Source of the DNA: Planctomycetota bacterium
GTDB lineage: Bacteria; Planctomycetota; PLA2; JAEUHO01
Assembly: GCA_965223505.1 (NCBI GenBank)
Contig: CBDCWP010000038.1
Location: 64,001-128,000, forward strand
Direction of reading: 5' to 3'
Length of the DNA: 64,000 nucleotides
In this document: positions 53,195 to 64,000 of the stretch, in pieces
Position numbering within the stretch: position 1 is the first letter of the stretch
How the letters are laid out: every line of letters begins with the position of its first letter
Program-made: the position numbers and the translations under genes
Notes under the pieces: generated by a model
Seen by the model: only the letters and a program-made list of their open reading frames with translations
Databases searched by the model: none
Told to the model about the DNA's origin: nothing

Positions 53195-56177
53195 GCTTCT
53201 CTCCTTCGCCCGTGTCGGGCTTGTCCGCGACACGCGTCAAGTACGCGACCGAGGGTTTCACACCGATCTCTCCCAGGGCCTGCGCGGCGCGAGGTGACTT
53301 CATCTGCGCGGTCACGGAGCTCTTCGGGTCGTTGGTGTTTCCGAAGACGATCGCGTCGGCCGGACAGGCCTGCATGCACGCGGTCTGGATGTCGCCGTCG
53401 CGCAGGCCGCGTCCCTCCCGCTTGGCCGTCGCCTTGGCCTCCTGGATGCGCTGGATGCAGAAGGTGCACTTCTCCATCACGCCGCGCGACCGGACGGTCA
53501 CGTCCGGGTTCAACACCATGTTCTGCAGCCGGTCCTCGCGCGGATAGTCGAACCAGTTGAAGCGGCGGACCTTGTACGGACAGTTGTTCGAGCAATACCG
53601 CGTCCCGACGCAGCGGTTGTAGACCTGTTGGTTGAGGCCTTCCGAGCCGTGCACCGTCGCCAGCACCGGACACACGGTCTCGCAGGGCGCGTGATCACAC
53701 TGCTGGCACATCATCGGCTGGTGAATCGTCTCGAGCTCGTCGCCCTCGCCCTGGAAGTAGCGGTCGATGCGGAGCCAGTGCATCTCGCGCTGACGGCGCA
53801 CCTCGTCCTTCCCCACGACCGGGATGTTGTTCTCGGCCTGGCACGCGATGACGCACGAGGCGCAGCCGGTGCAGGCCGACAGATCGATCGCCAGCCCCCA
53901 GTGGTTGCCCTTGTACGGGTGGTCCTCTTCCCACAGCTCGTCGAACGCATGCGGGTGCGGTACACCCGATGACGGATCTTCCCGATAGGCCGACAGCGTC
54001 GTGTGCGACGCGACGTTGCGGCGCTGCTTGCCGTCGGGCGCGAGATGCGCCGGAACGTCGAGCGAGTGATAGAGCTGCGTGCGGGCGAGCCGCGCCGTCA
54101 GCCCCGTCTTCTTGATCGCGACGACGGCGGCGCCAGCCAAGGGCGCCGCGTTCACGCCCACGATTCCGTTCGGCTCGACCGTCGGCGTCGCTTCGATCCA
54201 GTCGGGCCCGACGTCGTGGAACCGTCCCGTGCCCTGGCGTCCGTATCCCAACGCGACGGCGACCGTGTCGTCGGCCTGTCCGACCTGAACGAGCGCGGGC
54301 AGCGAGACCGCGACGGCGCCGTCCGCCTCGAGCTTGACGATGTCGCCGTCTTCGACCCCGAGCCGCTTCGCCGTCGCCGGCGAAAGGCAAGCGTAGTTGT
54401 CCCAGGAGACCTTCGAGACGGGGTCCGGAAGCTCCTGCAGCCAGGGATTGTGCGCGTGCCGCCCGTCGGTCATCGCGACTTTGGGATAGAGCACGAGATC
54501 GAGACGCTTCTGCTCGTCGGGCTTCCATGCCGCCGGCGATTCGAGCGCGCCCGCGTCGAACGATCGCGACGAGGCTTCCACCTGGTACCGGCAGAATCCG
54601 TCGTGCAGCGACTGGTTCCAGAACACGTCGAACGACGTCGGTTCCAATACGTTCGGGAAGATCGCCGTCTTCCAGACCGCGCGCATGATCGCGCGATCGT
54701 CGCGATCGTCGCCGCTCCACTTCGCCAGACTCTCGACGACCGCACGCGTCTGACCCAACGGCGCGATCGTCGGCTGACTGACGGTGATCGTTCCCTTGAC
54801 CGGCTCCGCGTCGCCCCAGGCCTCCAGCGGATGGTGGTCGGGGCAGACGTAGTGGGCGACCGACGCGGTCTCATCGACGCGCTCGGCGAAGCTCACGACG
54901 AGGTCGACCTGCGCGATGCCCTCGCGCAGCGTCTCGGCATCCGGAAGGTCGAAGAGCGGGTTACAACCCGCGATGAAGAGTGCGCCGACCTCGCCGGCCG
55001 CCAGCTCGTCGCGCAGCGCCGCGAGCGCGCGGTCGTCGCCGGTCCGCTGTAGGGACGGACGATCGAGATCGATGACGCGCTGCTTGTTCGACGCGTCGTC
55101 CGCGCCCAACAGGTGGTTGAGATACGCGGCGATGCGCTGTGTGTTCGCGTCGTCGACGTCGCAGACGACGACCGCGCTGCCTGCGGGTGCGGTCGCGAGG
55201 CGCTCGGCGACCTCGTCGAGCAGTGCGGGGTCGGTCTTCGGCGCCGGGCCCTGCGCCCACGGCGCCTTCGTGCCCTTGCGGCCCGCGACGCGTTCGGCGA
55301 GCGCCGAGACTACCAGCGGCAGATCGCGCGGCGCCGTGACGACGCGCCGGTCGGCGTTCGTCCCCGTCAACGACACGCGCGACTCGAACTGCACGTGGTG
55401 GCAGAAGGCGGTCGCACCGGCATCGAGGTTCCGCGCGGCCTGCCATCCGCGGGTGTGGTCCACCGGTGCGACCCAAGTTCCCAGGAAGTCCGCGTCGACG
55501 GACACGATCACGCGCGCGTTCTCGAGCCGGAAGCGCGGCAGCATGCGCTCGCCGTAGAGCGCCTCGTACGCGTCGAGCATCGCCGAGCTGGAGAGCGCGT
55601 CGTAGCTGACGTGCTTGCTGTCGTCGAACCCGCCGAGGAAACGCTCGATCGTCGCGCGCGCGGTCACGCCGTTCACCGTGCCGCTGAGGAACCGAACGCG
55701 CTTGCCGGCGCGCTTGATCTCGCCGAGCTTCTGCTTGATGGCGCCGTCGACGGCGTCCCACGTTCCCGGATTGCCCTTCACCAGGGGTTGCTTCAGCCGT
55801 TGGCCGTCATAGAGCGACAGAATGGAGGCCTGGCCGACGGCGCACGTGCTGCCCTTCCCGCCGGCGAACGGATGCAGGCTGTTGCCCTCGATCTTGATCG
55901 GCCGGCCGTCCCGGACCTTCGCGACGACGCCGCAGGCGGCGGGACACGCGCCGCACTGGGTCGCGTAGTACGCGGACGTTCCCGGCGTCACCTCTTCCGG
56001 CTTGTCGTGGAAGGGCACGATGTCGTGCTCTTCGCCGCGCGAGCAGCCCGGCAGCACGGCGACGCCGAACGAGAATCCGGCGAGCTTCAAGAACGCGCGA
56101 CGGGACGGCGAGAGACCCGCGAGCAGCGGGATGCCCTCCTCGTCGAGCCGGATGGCTTGTGTGTCGTGTTCCGACAT
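53187..56177 (-). CDS. actB: Alternative complex III subunit ActB (Tat-exported; molybdopterin-enzyme-like plus Fe-S domain)
   Basis: SRRAFLK Tat motif then [23 protein letters not shown]; Fe-S motifs [44 protein letters not shown]. Confidence 0.93.
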
Positions 56178-56186
56178 GTCGGCGTC

Positions 56187-56840
56187 CTAGTAGTGGCACG
56201 CGGCGCAATCGAGCGACGCGTTCACCTGTTTCCCTGCGACGCCGTTCTCGTTGACGTCGCGATGGCAGTTCACACACCAGCCCATGCGCAGCGTTTCGTG
56301 CTGGTGCATGCGCTCCATGTTCCGCACCTCCCCGTGGCACGTCTCGCAGCTGACATCGGCGTTCACGTGCACGCTGTGGTTGAAGTAGACGAAGTCGGGA
56401 AGCCGATGGACCTGCTTCCACTTGATGGCGCTGGCCGGCGTCGATTCGTCCGGATTGAGGTTCTCGTCCAGGCCCTGCGCCTCGTAGAGCCTCCGCAGCT
56501 GCTCGGAGACCAGATGACGCACCGGGCGTCCCTGCGCCTTTGCGTCCTCTTCTTCGGCGCGCATCGCGCCGAACGACGTCCGCACGATCTTGTGGCAGTT
56601 CATGCAGATGTCGGTCGACGGCACGGCGGCGTGACGTCCCCGCTCCGCCGAGAAGTGGCAGTAGAGGCAGGGAATCTCGAGCTCACCTGCGTGCAGGCGG
56701 TGCGAGTAGTCGATCGGCTGCTGCGGGCTGTAGCCCTGGTTGTTGCCCGGAAACCGGGTCTCGGCGAGACGCGGCCACAGTGTCAAGTAGACGACCGCGA
56801 CGGCGACGACCAGGAACGTGATGCGCGTGTGTCTCGGCAT
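56187..56840 (-). CDS. actA: Alternative complex III subunit ActA (pentaheme cytochrome c)
   Basis: N-terminal TM, QPIDYSH..HAG, five CxxCH (CLYCH, CMNCH, CETCH, CVNCH, CAACH), LPDFVYFNHS.H, MGWC. Confidence 0.93.
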   Translation of the reverse strand: MPRHTRITFLVVAVAVVYLTLWPRLAETRFPGNNQGYSPQQPIDYSHRLHAGELEIPCLYCHFSAERGRHAAVPSTDICMNCHKIVRTSFGAMRAEEEDAKAQGRPVRHLVSEQLRRLYEAQGLDENLNPDESTPASAIKWKQVHRLPDFVYFNHSVHVNADVSCETCHGEVRNMERMHQHETLRMGWCVNCHRDVNENGVAGKQVNASLDCAACHY

Positions 56841-56853
56841 GTTGGTTTCCCCG

Positions 56854-58509
56854 TTAGCAGGGAATCTCTGCGTTCTTCCTCGCGTAGAACCACCAGTTGA
56901 CGACCAGGCACGAGAGGTAGTAGACGGCGAAGCCGTACAAGGCGTACTCAGGCGTGCCGGCCTTGATCTGCGTCGCGAAGATCTTCGGAATCAAGAAGGC
57001 GCCGTACGCCGCGACGGCCGACGTCCAACCCAGGACGGGGCCGGCTTGATCCTTCGGGAAGATGATCGGGATCATCCGGAACGTGGATCCGTTCCCGACA
57101 CCCGTCGTCGCGAAGAGCAAGATGAACAGAAGCAGGAACGGAACGAAGTACTCCTCCGGGGTGTGAGAAGCGTTCGCCTGCGAGACGAAATACCCGGCGC
57201 CGATGGTGGCGCCGATCATGATGACCGTGTCCCACTGCGTGACCTTCGCGCCGCCCCACTTGTCGGAGAGCCAACCGCCCAAGGGGCGAATCAGCGCGCC
57301 GACGCCCGCGCCGATCCAGATGTACAGAGCGGTCTTCGGCGCGGCCGGGTTGCCGACCGCCTCGGCGAGCACGCTGCCGTCCTCACCCACTCGAATGAAG
57401 CCGAAGACGTCGTCGATCAGCTTGGGGAAGGCGTTGGCGTAGCCGATGAACGACCCGAAGGTCATCGTGTAGAGCCACGTCATGACCCAGTTGTGCTTGT
57501 TGCGGAAGATCGCGAACTGCCCGCGCAGGTTCTCCTGTGTCGCCTTCTGCGTCAGATAGCGCATCGAGAGCAACGTGACGCAGACGCAGACGACGAGGAT
57601 CATGAAGATCTTGAGCAGGACCGGGAAACCGCCCCACGGCGTGATCAGCAGCACGACTCCGACGGTGGCGCCGACGTAGCCGAGCGTCGTCAGCCACAGG
57701 TACTTGCCGATCGCGGCGGACGTCGAGCCGTACTTGTGCTGCGGCAGGTTGTTCATGCCGAAGAAGGCCAGCACGCCGAAGAACGCCAGGATCGGCACCC
57801 AGACGAGTCCCGCGTTCTGAATCCACAGCTCATGATGAACGACTTCGGTCGTTCCCTCGGGCGTGGTCGTCCAGGTGTACGGGGCGCCGCCCAGGCCGCC
57901 GAACGCCCCGAACGTGATGATCCACGGCAGCAGGAACTGCATCACGCTCACGCCGAGATTGCCGAGGCCGGCGTTCAGCCCGAGCGAGAGCCCCTGCATG
58001 CGCTTCGGGAAGAAGAAGCTGATGTTCGACATGGAGGACGCGAACGCGCCGCCGCCGACGCCGGAGAGCGCGGCGAGCACGACGAGCGTCAGGAACGAGA
58101 CGTTCGGATCCTGCAGCGCGACGCCCGCGCCGACCGCCGGGATCAACAGCAACGCGGTCGTCATGAACTTGACGTTGCGCCCGCCGCAGATCGCGATCAT
58201 GAACGAGTTGGGGATTCGCAACGTCGCCCCGGCCAGGCCGGCGACGGCGGGCAGCGTGAACATGAGCGCGCGGTAGCCGTCGCCGTCGTACGACTGCCCG
58301 TCGTTCATGAACGTGAAGTCGAACAGGCTCTTGTCGGCGAAGTGCACCTTCTGGATGAACTTCGCGACCATTCCCCAGTACAGCCAGACCGCGAACCCGC
58401 AAAGCAGGTTGGGAATCGAGATCCACAGGTTCCGGTTGGCGATCTTCTTGCCTTCGCCTTCCCAGAACTGCTCGTCCTCGACGTCCCAGCGCTCGAGCTG
58501 TCTACTCAT
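56854..58509 (-). CDS. narK: Nitrate/nitrite transporter, NarK/NarU (NarK2) type
   Basis: W..ED..FW..G..IA.RNLWIS, GGG.FASSMSNISFFFPK..QG..LGLNAGLGNLG, TFGSFIG, GNGSTFRMIP. Confidence 0.93.
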   Translation of the reverse strand: MSRQLERWDVEDEQFWEGEGKKIANRNLWISIPNLLCGFAVWLYWGMVAKFIQKVHFADKSLFDFTFMNDGQSYDGDGYRALMFTLPAVAGLAGATLRIPNSFMIAICGGRNVKFMTTALLLIPAVGAGVALQDPNVSFLTLVVLAALSGVGGGAFASSMSNISFFFPKRMQGLSLGLNAGLGNLGVSVMQFLLPWIITFGAFGGLGGAPYTWTTTPEGTTEVVHHELWIQNAGLVWVPILAFFGVLAFFGMNNLPQHKYGSTSAAIGKYLWLTTLGYVGATVGVVLLITPWGGFPVLLKIFMILVVCVCVTLLSMRYLTQKATQENLRGQFAIFRNKHNWVMTWLYTMTFGSFIGYANAFPKLIDDVFGFIRVGEDGSVLAEAVGNPAAPKTALYIWIGAGVGALIRPLGGWLSDKWGGAKVTQWDTVIMIGATIGAGYFVSQANASHTPEEYFVPFLLLFILLFATTGVGNGSTFRMIPIIFPKDQAGPVLGWTSAVAAYGAFLIPKIFATQIKAGTPEYALYGFAVYYLSCLVVNWWFYARKNAEIPC

Positions 58510-59245
58510 CGGCGCCCTCGCTGTTCGGGGCCGTCGGCAGCACGCGCTGCGTTCGACGCTCGTAGTTCCAGCGCACGACCTGCGTCTTGCGCCAGAGGTA
58601 CATGTTCGGGATGACCAGCACGTGCACGAGCCGCGTGAACGGGAAGAAGGCGATGAGCACGAAGTTGCCGACGATGTGCCACTTCACGAGCGCCGGCATC
58701 GGCGTCACGTAGGAGATGTCGGGGTTGAGCTTGACCAGCGACCAGAGATAGGGCGACAGGGTCGACGCGAACCAGGACGATCCCCAGTTGTAGGTGACGG
58801 CGATCGCGATGCCCGTTCCGATCTGCCCGAGAAGCATGAGGTACAGGATCCAGTCGGCGGGGCTGGTCACGATGCGCGCGCGCGACGAGCGCATGCGCCG
58901 AATGATGATGTTCACCATGCCGATGACGGTCAGGACGGCCGCGATCAGCGCTGTCACCTCGAGGATGATCAAGCGCAGCGGGTCGCCGTTCCACCAGAGG
59001 ATGGAACGCGGAATCAGGAACGCGACGACGTGTCCGAGCAGCACGAACAGCAGGCCGTAGTGAAACGGGACGAGCGCCCAGAAGTGGCGGTCGTTCTCCA
59101 GGAACTGGGACGAGAGGCTCGAGTACGTGAACGCCCGTTGGCGGTACCGCTGGATCGTCACCACGAAGAACAGGATCATCGCGACGTACGGGAACACCGC
59201 GTAGAGCAGGGTGTCGAGGTAACCGAATTCAGAGCTTCCGGGCAT
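58502..59245 (-). CDS. narI: Respiratory nitrate reductase gamma subunit (diheme cytochrome b)
   Basis: FPY, SSQFLE, FHYG.....LGH, WH.......FPFTRLVH (four heme His); GGAGG SD. Confidence 0.93.
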   Translation of the reverse strand: MPGSSEFGYLDTLLYAVFPYVAMILFFVVTIQRYRQRAFTYSSLSSQFLENDRHFWALVPFHYGLLFVLLGHVVAFLIPRSILWWNGDPLRLIILEVTALIAAVLTVIGMVNIIIRRMRSSRARIVTSPADWILYLMLLGQIGTGIAIAVTYNWGSSWFASTLSPYLWSLVKLNPDISYVTPMPALVKWHIVGNFVLIAFFPFTRLVHVLVIPNMYLWRKTQVVRWNYERRTQRVLPTAPNSEGADE

Positions 59246-59875
59246 GGTCCACCTCCACGCCGTCCGTGTACGCCTTGGGCGGGTACTGGGGCGGCAGCGC
59301 GCACGAGGAGCCGCACTCGTAGGGCTCCGCCTGCGTCGCGGGAACGTCGACGGCTTCGACCTGCGTCTCGCCGTATTCCGCTTCGAGCGCCGTAAGCAGG
59401 TCGCGCAGCACCTGCCGGTACGGACTGTCCTTGTCATCGAAACCGGCGTTCATCTTGAAGAGCGCCGGCTGGACGTAGGTCGTGCTGAAGAGGCCCGCCT
59501 TGCCTTCCGGCAGGCGTCCGAGGACGCGCAGGCCGGCGGTGAGGTGGTCGGGCAGTTCCGTGCCTTCCTCGACACCGAGCGCTCGCAGGAGCTGGCGCAT
59601 CTCGACCAACATCGCGCCGCGCGCGTAGTCCTCGCCGTACAGGTGCCAGCCCATCTCGAGCGAGCAGACCGGATTGATGTCGAACGTACGCGTGTAGTGC
59701 TCTTCGGCATCTTCCGGCGTGCTGTCGTTCAGGAACACGCTCAGCGCCAACGCGCCCTCGCCGGGGAACTCGTCGTCGCGAGCGATCAGGTCGCATGCTC
59801 GGATCAAGCCGCACGTGCGATCGGCGTCCGGATAGCGCAGGATCTCCGCCACCGCGTCGAGAACGTCGCGCTTCA

Positions 59876-59876
<1 letters not shown>
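59229..59876 (-). CDS. narJ: Nitrate reductase Mo-cofactor assembly chaperone
   Basis: LRYP, EEHYTRTFD, YGEDYARG, ELPDHL. Confidence 0.9.
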
Positions 59877-61366
<1,490 letters not shown>

Positions 61367-61386
61367 GTGCCCTATTCCTCTCTCTC

Positions 61387-64000
61387 TCACCACATGAGCC
61401 GGGGCAGCTTGCGCACGTAGACGTGCGTGTCGCGGTTGCACCCGGTGGGGCCCCAGTAGTTGAAGTGGAATGTGAACTGCCCGTAGCCGCCGACCATCAA
61501 GTTCGGCTTCAGACGCGTACGCGTCAGACTGTTGTGCCCACCGGCGCGCCGGTTCTTGCGCAGCGGGGAGCGCGGAACGCCGTAGGTGCGTTCCGGCGAG
61601 TGGTAGATGATGCAGATGCCGCGCGGAATGCGCGCGGAGACCGCGGAACGCGTGACGACGACGCCGTGGTCGTTGTGGACCTCGACCCAGTCGTTGTCGT
61701 CGATGCCGAGGTGCTCGGCGTCCTTGTCGTTCATCCAGAACGGCTCGCAGCCGCGGGACAGCGTCGTCATGCGCTCGTTGTCGCCGTACGTGGAGTGGAT
61801 GTGCCACTTGCCGTGCGGCGTGAGGTAGTTGAGCATCAGCGTAGGGCCGACCTCCTCACTCACGCGCAGGTCCGCGTACTCCGTCGGGAGCGGCTTCGGC
61901 TTGTACGTCGGTAGGTGCTCGCCGAACTGGATGTAGCCCGGATGATCCAGATACAGATGCTGGCGTCCGGTCAAGGTGCGGAACGGAACCAGCGTGTCCT
62001 TCTGGAAGGTGAACGGCGCGTAGGGCCGGCCGTCGTTGATGAGCCCCGACCACATCGGGCTGTTGATGAAGCGCTGGGGGCGCGCCTGGATGGTCTCGAA
62101 GTCGCACCGCACCGCACGCGTGTCCTCGGCCAGGTGCGTGAGCGGAATCCCCGTCTTCTTCTCGAGGTTCTTGTACGAGCGGAAGGCCAGCTCGCCGTTG
62201 GTCACCGTCGCGAGGTTGAGTACGGCGTTGCAGGCCTGCTTCGCGTCCTTGATGGACGGATAGGTGCTGCCGCCCCAGTGCTCGACCGGCCAGGTCGCGA
62301 CCATCTCGTCGTAGAAGTCCTCGCACATGTAGTGCGTGCCGTGGGCCCCGAGGCCACCGGAGCGCACGTTCGGACCGAGCGAGATGTACTGGTTGTAGAG
62401 GTTCTTGTAGTCGCGCGTGACGACCTTGAGGCCGGGCATGGTCTTGCCGGGAATCGCATCGACCTCGCCGTCGATCCACTCCTTCATGTCGGTCTGCGCG
62501 ATCTCGGCCGGCGTGTCATGCGCGAGCGGCGCCGCGACGATGTCCTTCACGGGCTCGGGGAAGTGGCGCTCGGCGAGCTCAGAGAACCGCTTCGCGATCG
62601 CCTTGAAGATGTCCCAGTCGCTCTTCGACTCCCAGCACGGCGGCACCGCGGGCGCCAGCGGGTGAATGAACGAGTGCATGTCCGTCGAGTTGAGATCGGC
62701 CTTCTCGTACCAGGTGGCCGCCGGCAGGACGATGTCGGAGTAGAGCGCCGACGTGTCCATGCGGAAGTTCAGGTCGACGACGAGGTCCATCTTCCCCTGC
62801 GGCGCGATCTTGTGCCACGCGACCTCCTTGATGGAGTCCTCGGCGATCGGCGTCGCGATGTCGTTGTGGTGCGTTCCGAGGTAGTGCTTGAGGAAGTACT
62901 CGTGTCCTTTGCTGGACGACATGAGCGCGTTGCCGCGCCAGATGTACCAGACGCGGGGCCAGTTCTCGGGCGCGTCCGGATCCTCGACGGAGAACTTCAT
63001 GTCGCGGTTCTTGAGCTGCTCGATGACGTGCTTGACGACGCCCTTCTCGTCTTTCGCGCCCGCCTCTTCGGCCTCCTTGACGAGGTCGATGGGGTTCTTC
63101 TCGAACTGCGGGTAGAAGGGCAGCCAGCCGTTGCGCACGGCGCGCACCTGCGCGTCGATCGTGTGGCCCTTCGCGAGACTGTTCTCGGGCTGCACCTGCG
63201 GCACGGTGTGGTAGTCGGTGAACTCCTTCTCGTAGCGCCACTGGTCGGTGTTCACGTAGTGCCATGACGGTGCGTTCTGAAGCCGCACGGCCGGATACCA
63301 GTCCTTGCCGAACGCGATCGAGCCCCACGACTCGCCGGGCGCGAGCTTCTCCTGGCCGACGTAGTGGGCCAAGCCGCCGCCGTTCGTCCCGACGCATCCG
63401 CAGAAGAGCAGCGCGTGGATGCCCGCGCGGTACATGAGATTGGCGTGGTACCAGTGGTTGATGCCCGCGCCGATGATGATGGTGCACTTGCCGCCGGTGT
63501 GCTCGGCGGTGCTCCCCCACTCGCGCGCGAACTGGATGAGGTCCTTGCGGCCGATGCCGGTGTACTTCTCGGACCACGCCGGGGAGTACGGCGCGTTCTC
63601 GTCGTCGTAGCTGGTGGGGTAGTCGCCCTCGAGCCCGCGCGGTACGCCGTACTGAGCCATCATGAGGTCGTAGACGGTCGCGACCTTCACGGTCGACCCG
63701 TCTGCCAGCGTGATGTGCTTGACGGGCACGCCGCGCAGGAGCGGACGCGCGTCGGCGAAGTCGTCCAGCTCCACCGACATCTGCTCGTCTTCCTGGCCGA
63801 GCAGCGTCAGCGCCGGGTCGATGTCCTCGCCGCTCTCCGGGTCCTTGAAGAGCAGGTTCCAGCTGCCGTTCTCCTCGCCCCAGCGGTGTCCGGACGAACC
63901 GCCGGGCATGCGCGCGTCCCTGGACAGCTCGTCCCAGATGAGGAACTTCCAGTCGCCGTTCTCGCTCTTCCCGTAGCGCTCCGTACGGCCGGCGCGCAGC
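61387..64000 (-). CDS. narG: Nitrate reductase / nitrite oxidoreductase alpha subunit (5' part outside window)
   Basis: [87 protein letters not shown]. Confidence 0.96.
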   Translation of the reverse strand, partial: LRAGRTERYGKSENGDWKFLIWDELSRDARMPGGSSGHRWGEENGSWNLLFKDPESGEDIDPALTLLGQEDEQMSVELDDFADARPLLRGVPVKHITLADGSTVKVATVYDLMMAQYGVPRGLEGDYPTSYDDENAPYSPAWSEKYTGIGRKDLIQFAREWGSTAEHTGGKCTIIIGAGINHWYHANLMYRAGIHALLFCGCVGTNGGGLAHYVGQEKLAPGESWGSIAFGKDWYPAVRLQNAPSWHYVNTDQWRYEKEFTDYHTVPQVQPENSLAKGHTIDAQVRAVRNGWLPFYPQFEKNPIDLVKEAEEAGAKDEKGVVKHVIEQLKNRDMKFSVEDPDAPENWPRVWYIWRGNALMSSSKGHEYFLKHYLGTHHNDIATPIAEDSIKEVAWHKIAPQGKMDLVVDLNFRMDTSALYSDIVLPAATWYEKADLNSTDMHSFIHPLAPAVPPCWESKSDWDIFKAIAKRFSELAERHFPEPVKDIVAAPLAHDTPAEIAQTDMKEWIDGEVDAIPGKTMPGLKVVTRDYKNLYNQYISLGPNVRSGGLGAHGTHYMCEDFYDEMVATWPVEHWGGSTYPSIKDAKQACNAVLNLATVTNGELAFRSYKNLEKKTGIPLTHLAEDTRAVRCDFETIQARPQRFINSPMWSGLINDGRPYAPFTFQKDTLVPFRTLTGRQHLYLDHPGYIQFGEHLPTYKPKPLPTEYADLRVSEEVGPTLMLNYLTPHGKWHIHSTYGDNERMTTLSRGCEPFWMNDKDAEHLGIDDNDWVEVHNDHGVVVTRSAVSARIPRGICIIYHSPERTYGVPRSPLRKNRRAGGHNSLTRTRLKPNLMVGGYGQFTFHFNYWGPTGCNRDTHVYVRKLPRLMW

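Overview
GC-rich bacterial chromosome segment, plausibly Planctomycetota (inferred from gene content, not proven). No rRNA, tRNA, CRISPR array or transposase was recognised. Left part (1-33.7 kb): a secreted eukaryote-type tripeptidyl-peptidase II homologue divergent from a secreted pyroglutamyl peptidase, guaB-guaA, archaeal-type valS, ppx/gppA, purF, cvpA, two DUF58/BatA-vWA modules, a MacB/LolCDE-like ABC transporter, nadK and ahcY. Middle (33.7-47.6 kb): accessory genes, including a structured 141-bp tandem repeat, two disrupted genes, a PilZ protein, an esterase-parvulin fusion, a DASS transporter, a FIST protein plus hybrid kinase, and GNATs. Right (47.6-64 kb, minus strand): the most striking system, one tightly packed operon narG-narH-narJ-narI-narK-actA-actB-actC-actD-actE-actF-(NRT2-type transporter::DoxX fusion). 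Here a nitrate reductase/nitrite oxidoreductase resembling the Nitrobacter-type NXR/NAR clade carries an Alternative Complex III between its two nitrate/nitrite transporters, with no terminal oxidase genes in the window. That ActB keeps an FS0-type Fe-S motif. Other notable points: the TPP II homologue has lost both N-terminus-anchoring glutamates, guaA has no canonical in-frame start and abuts the guaB stop in frame, and many genes look leaderless. All family calls come from motif recognition by eye and comparison with reference sequences recalled from memory; no searches were run.
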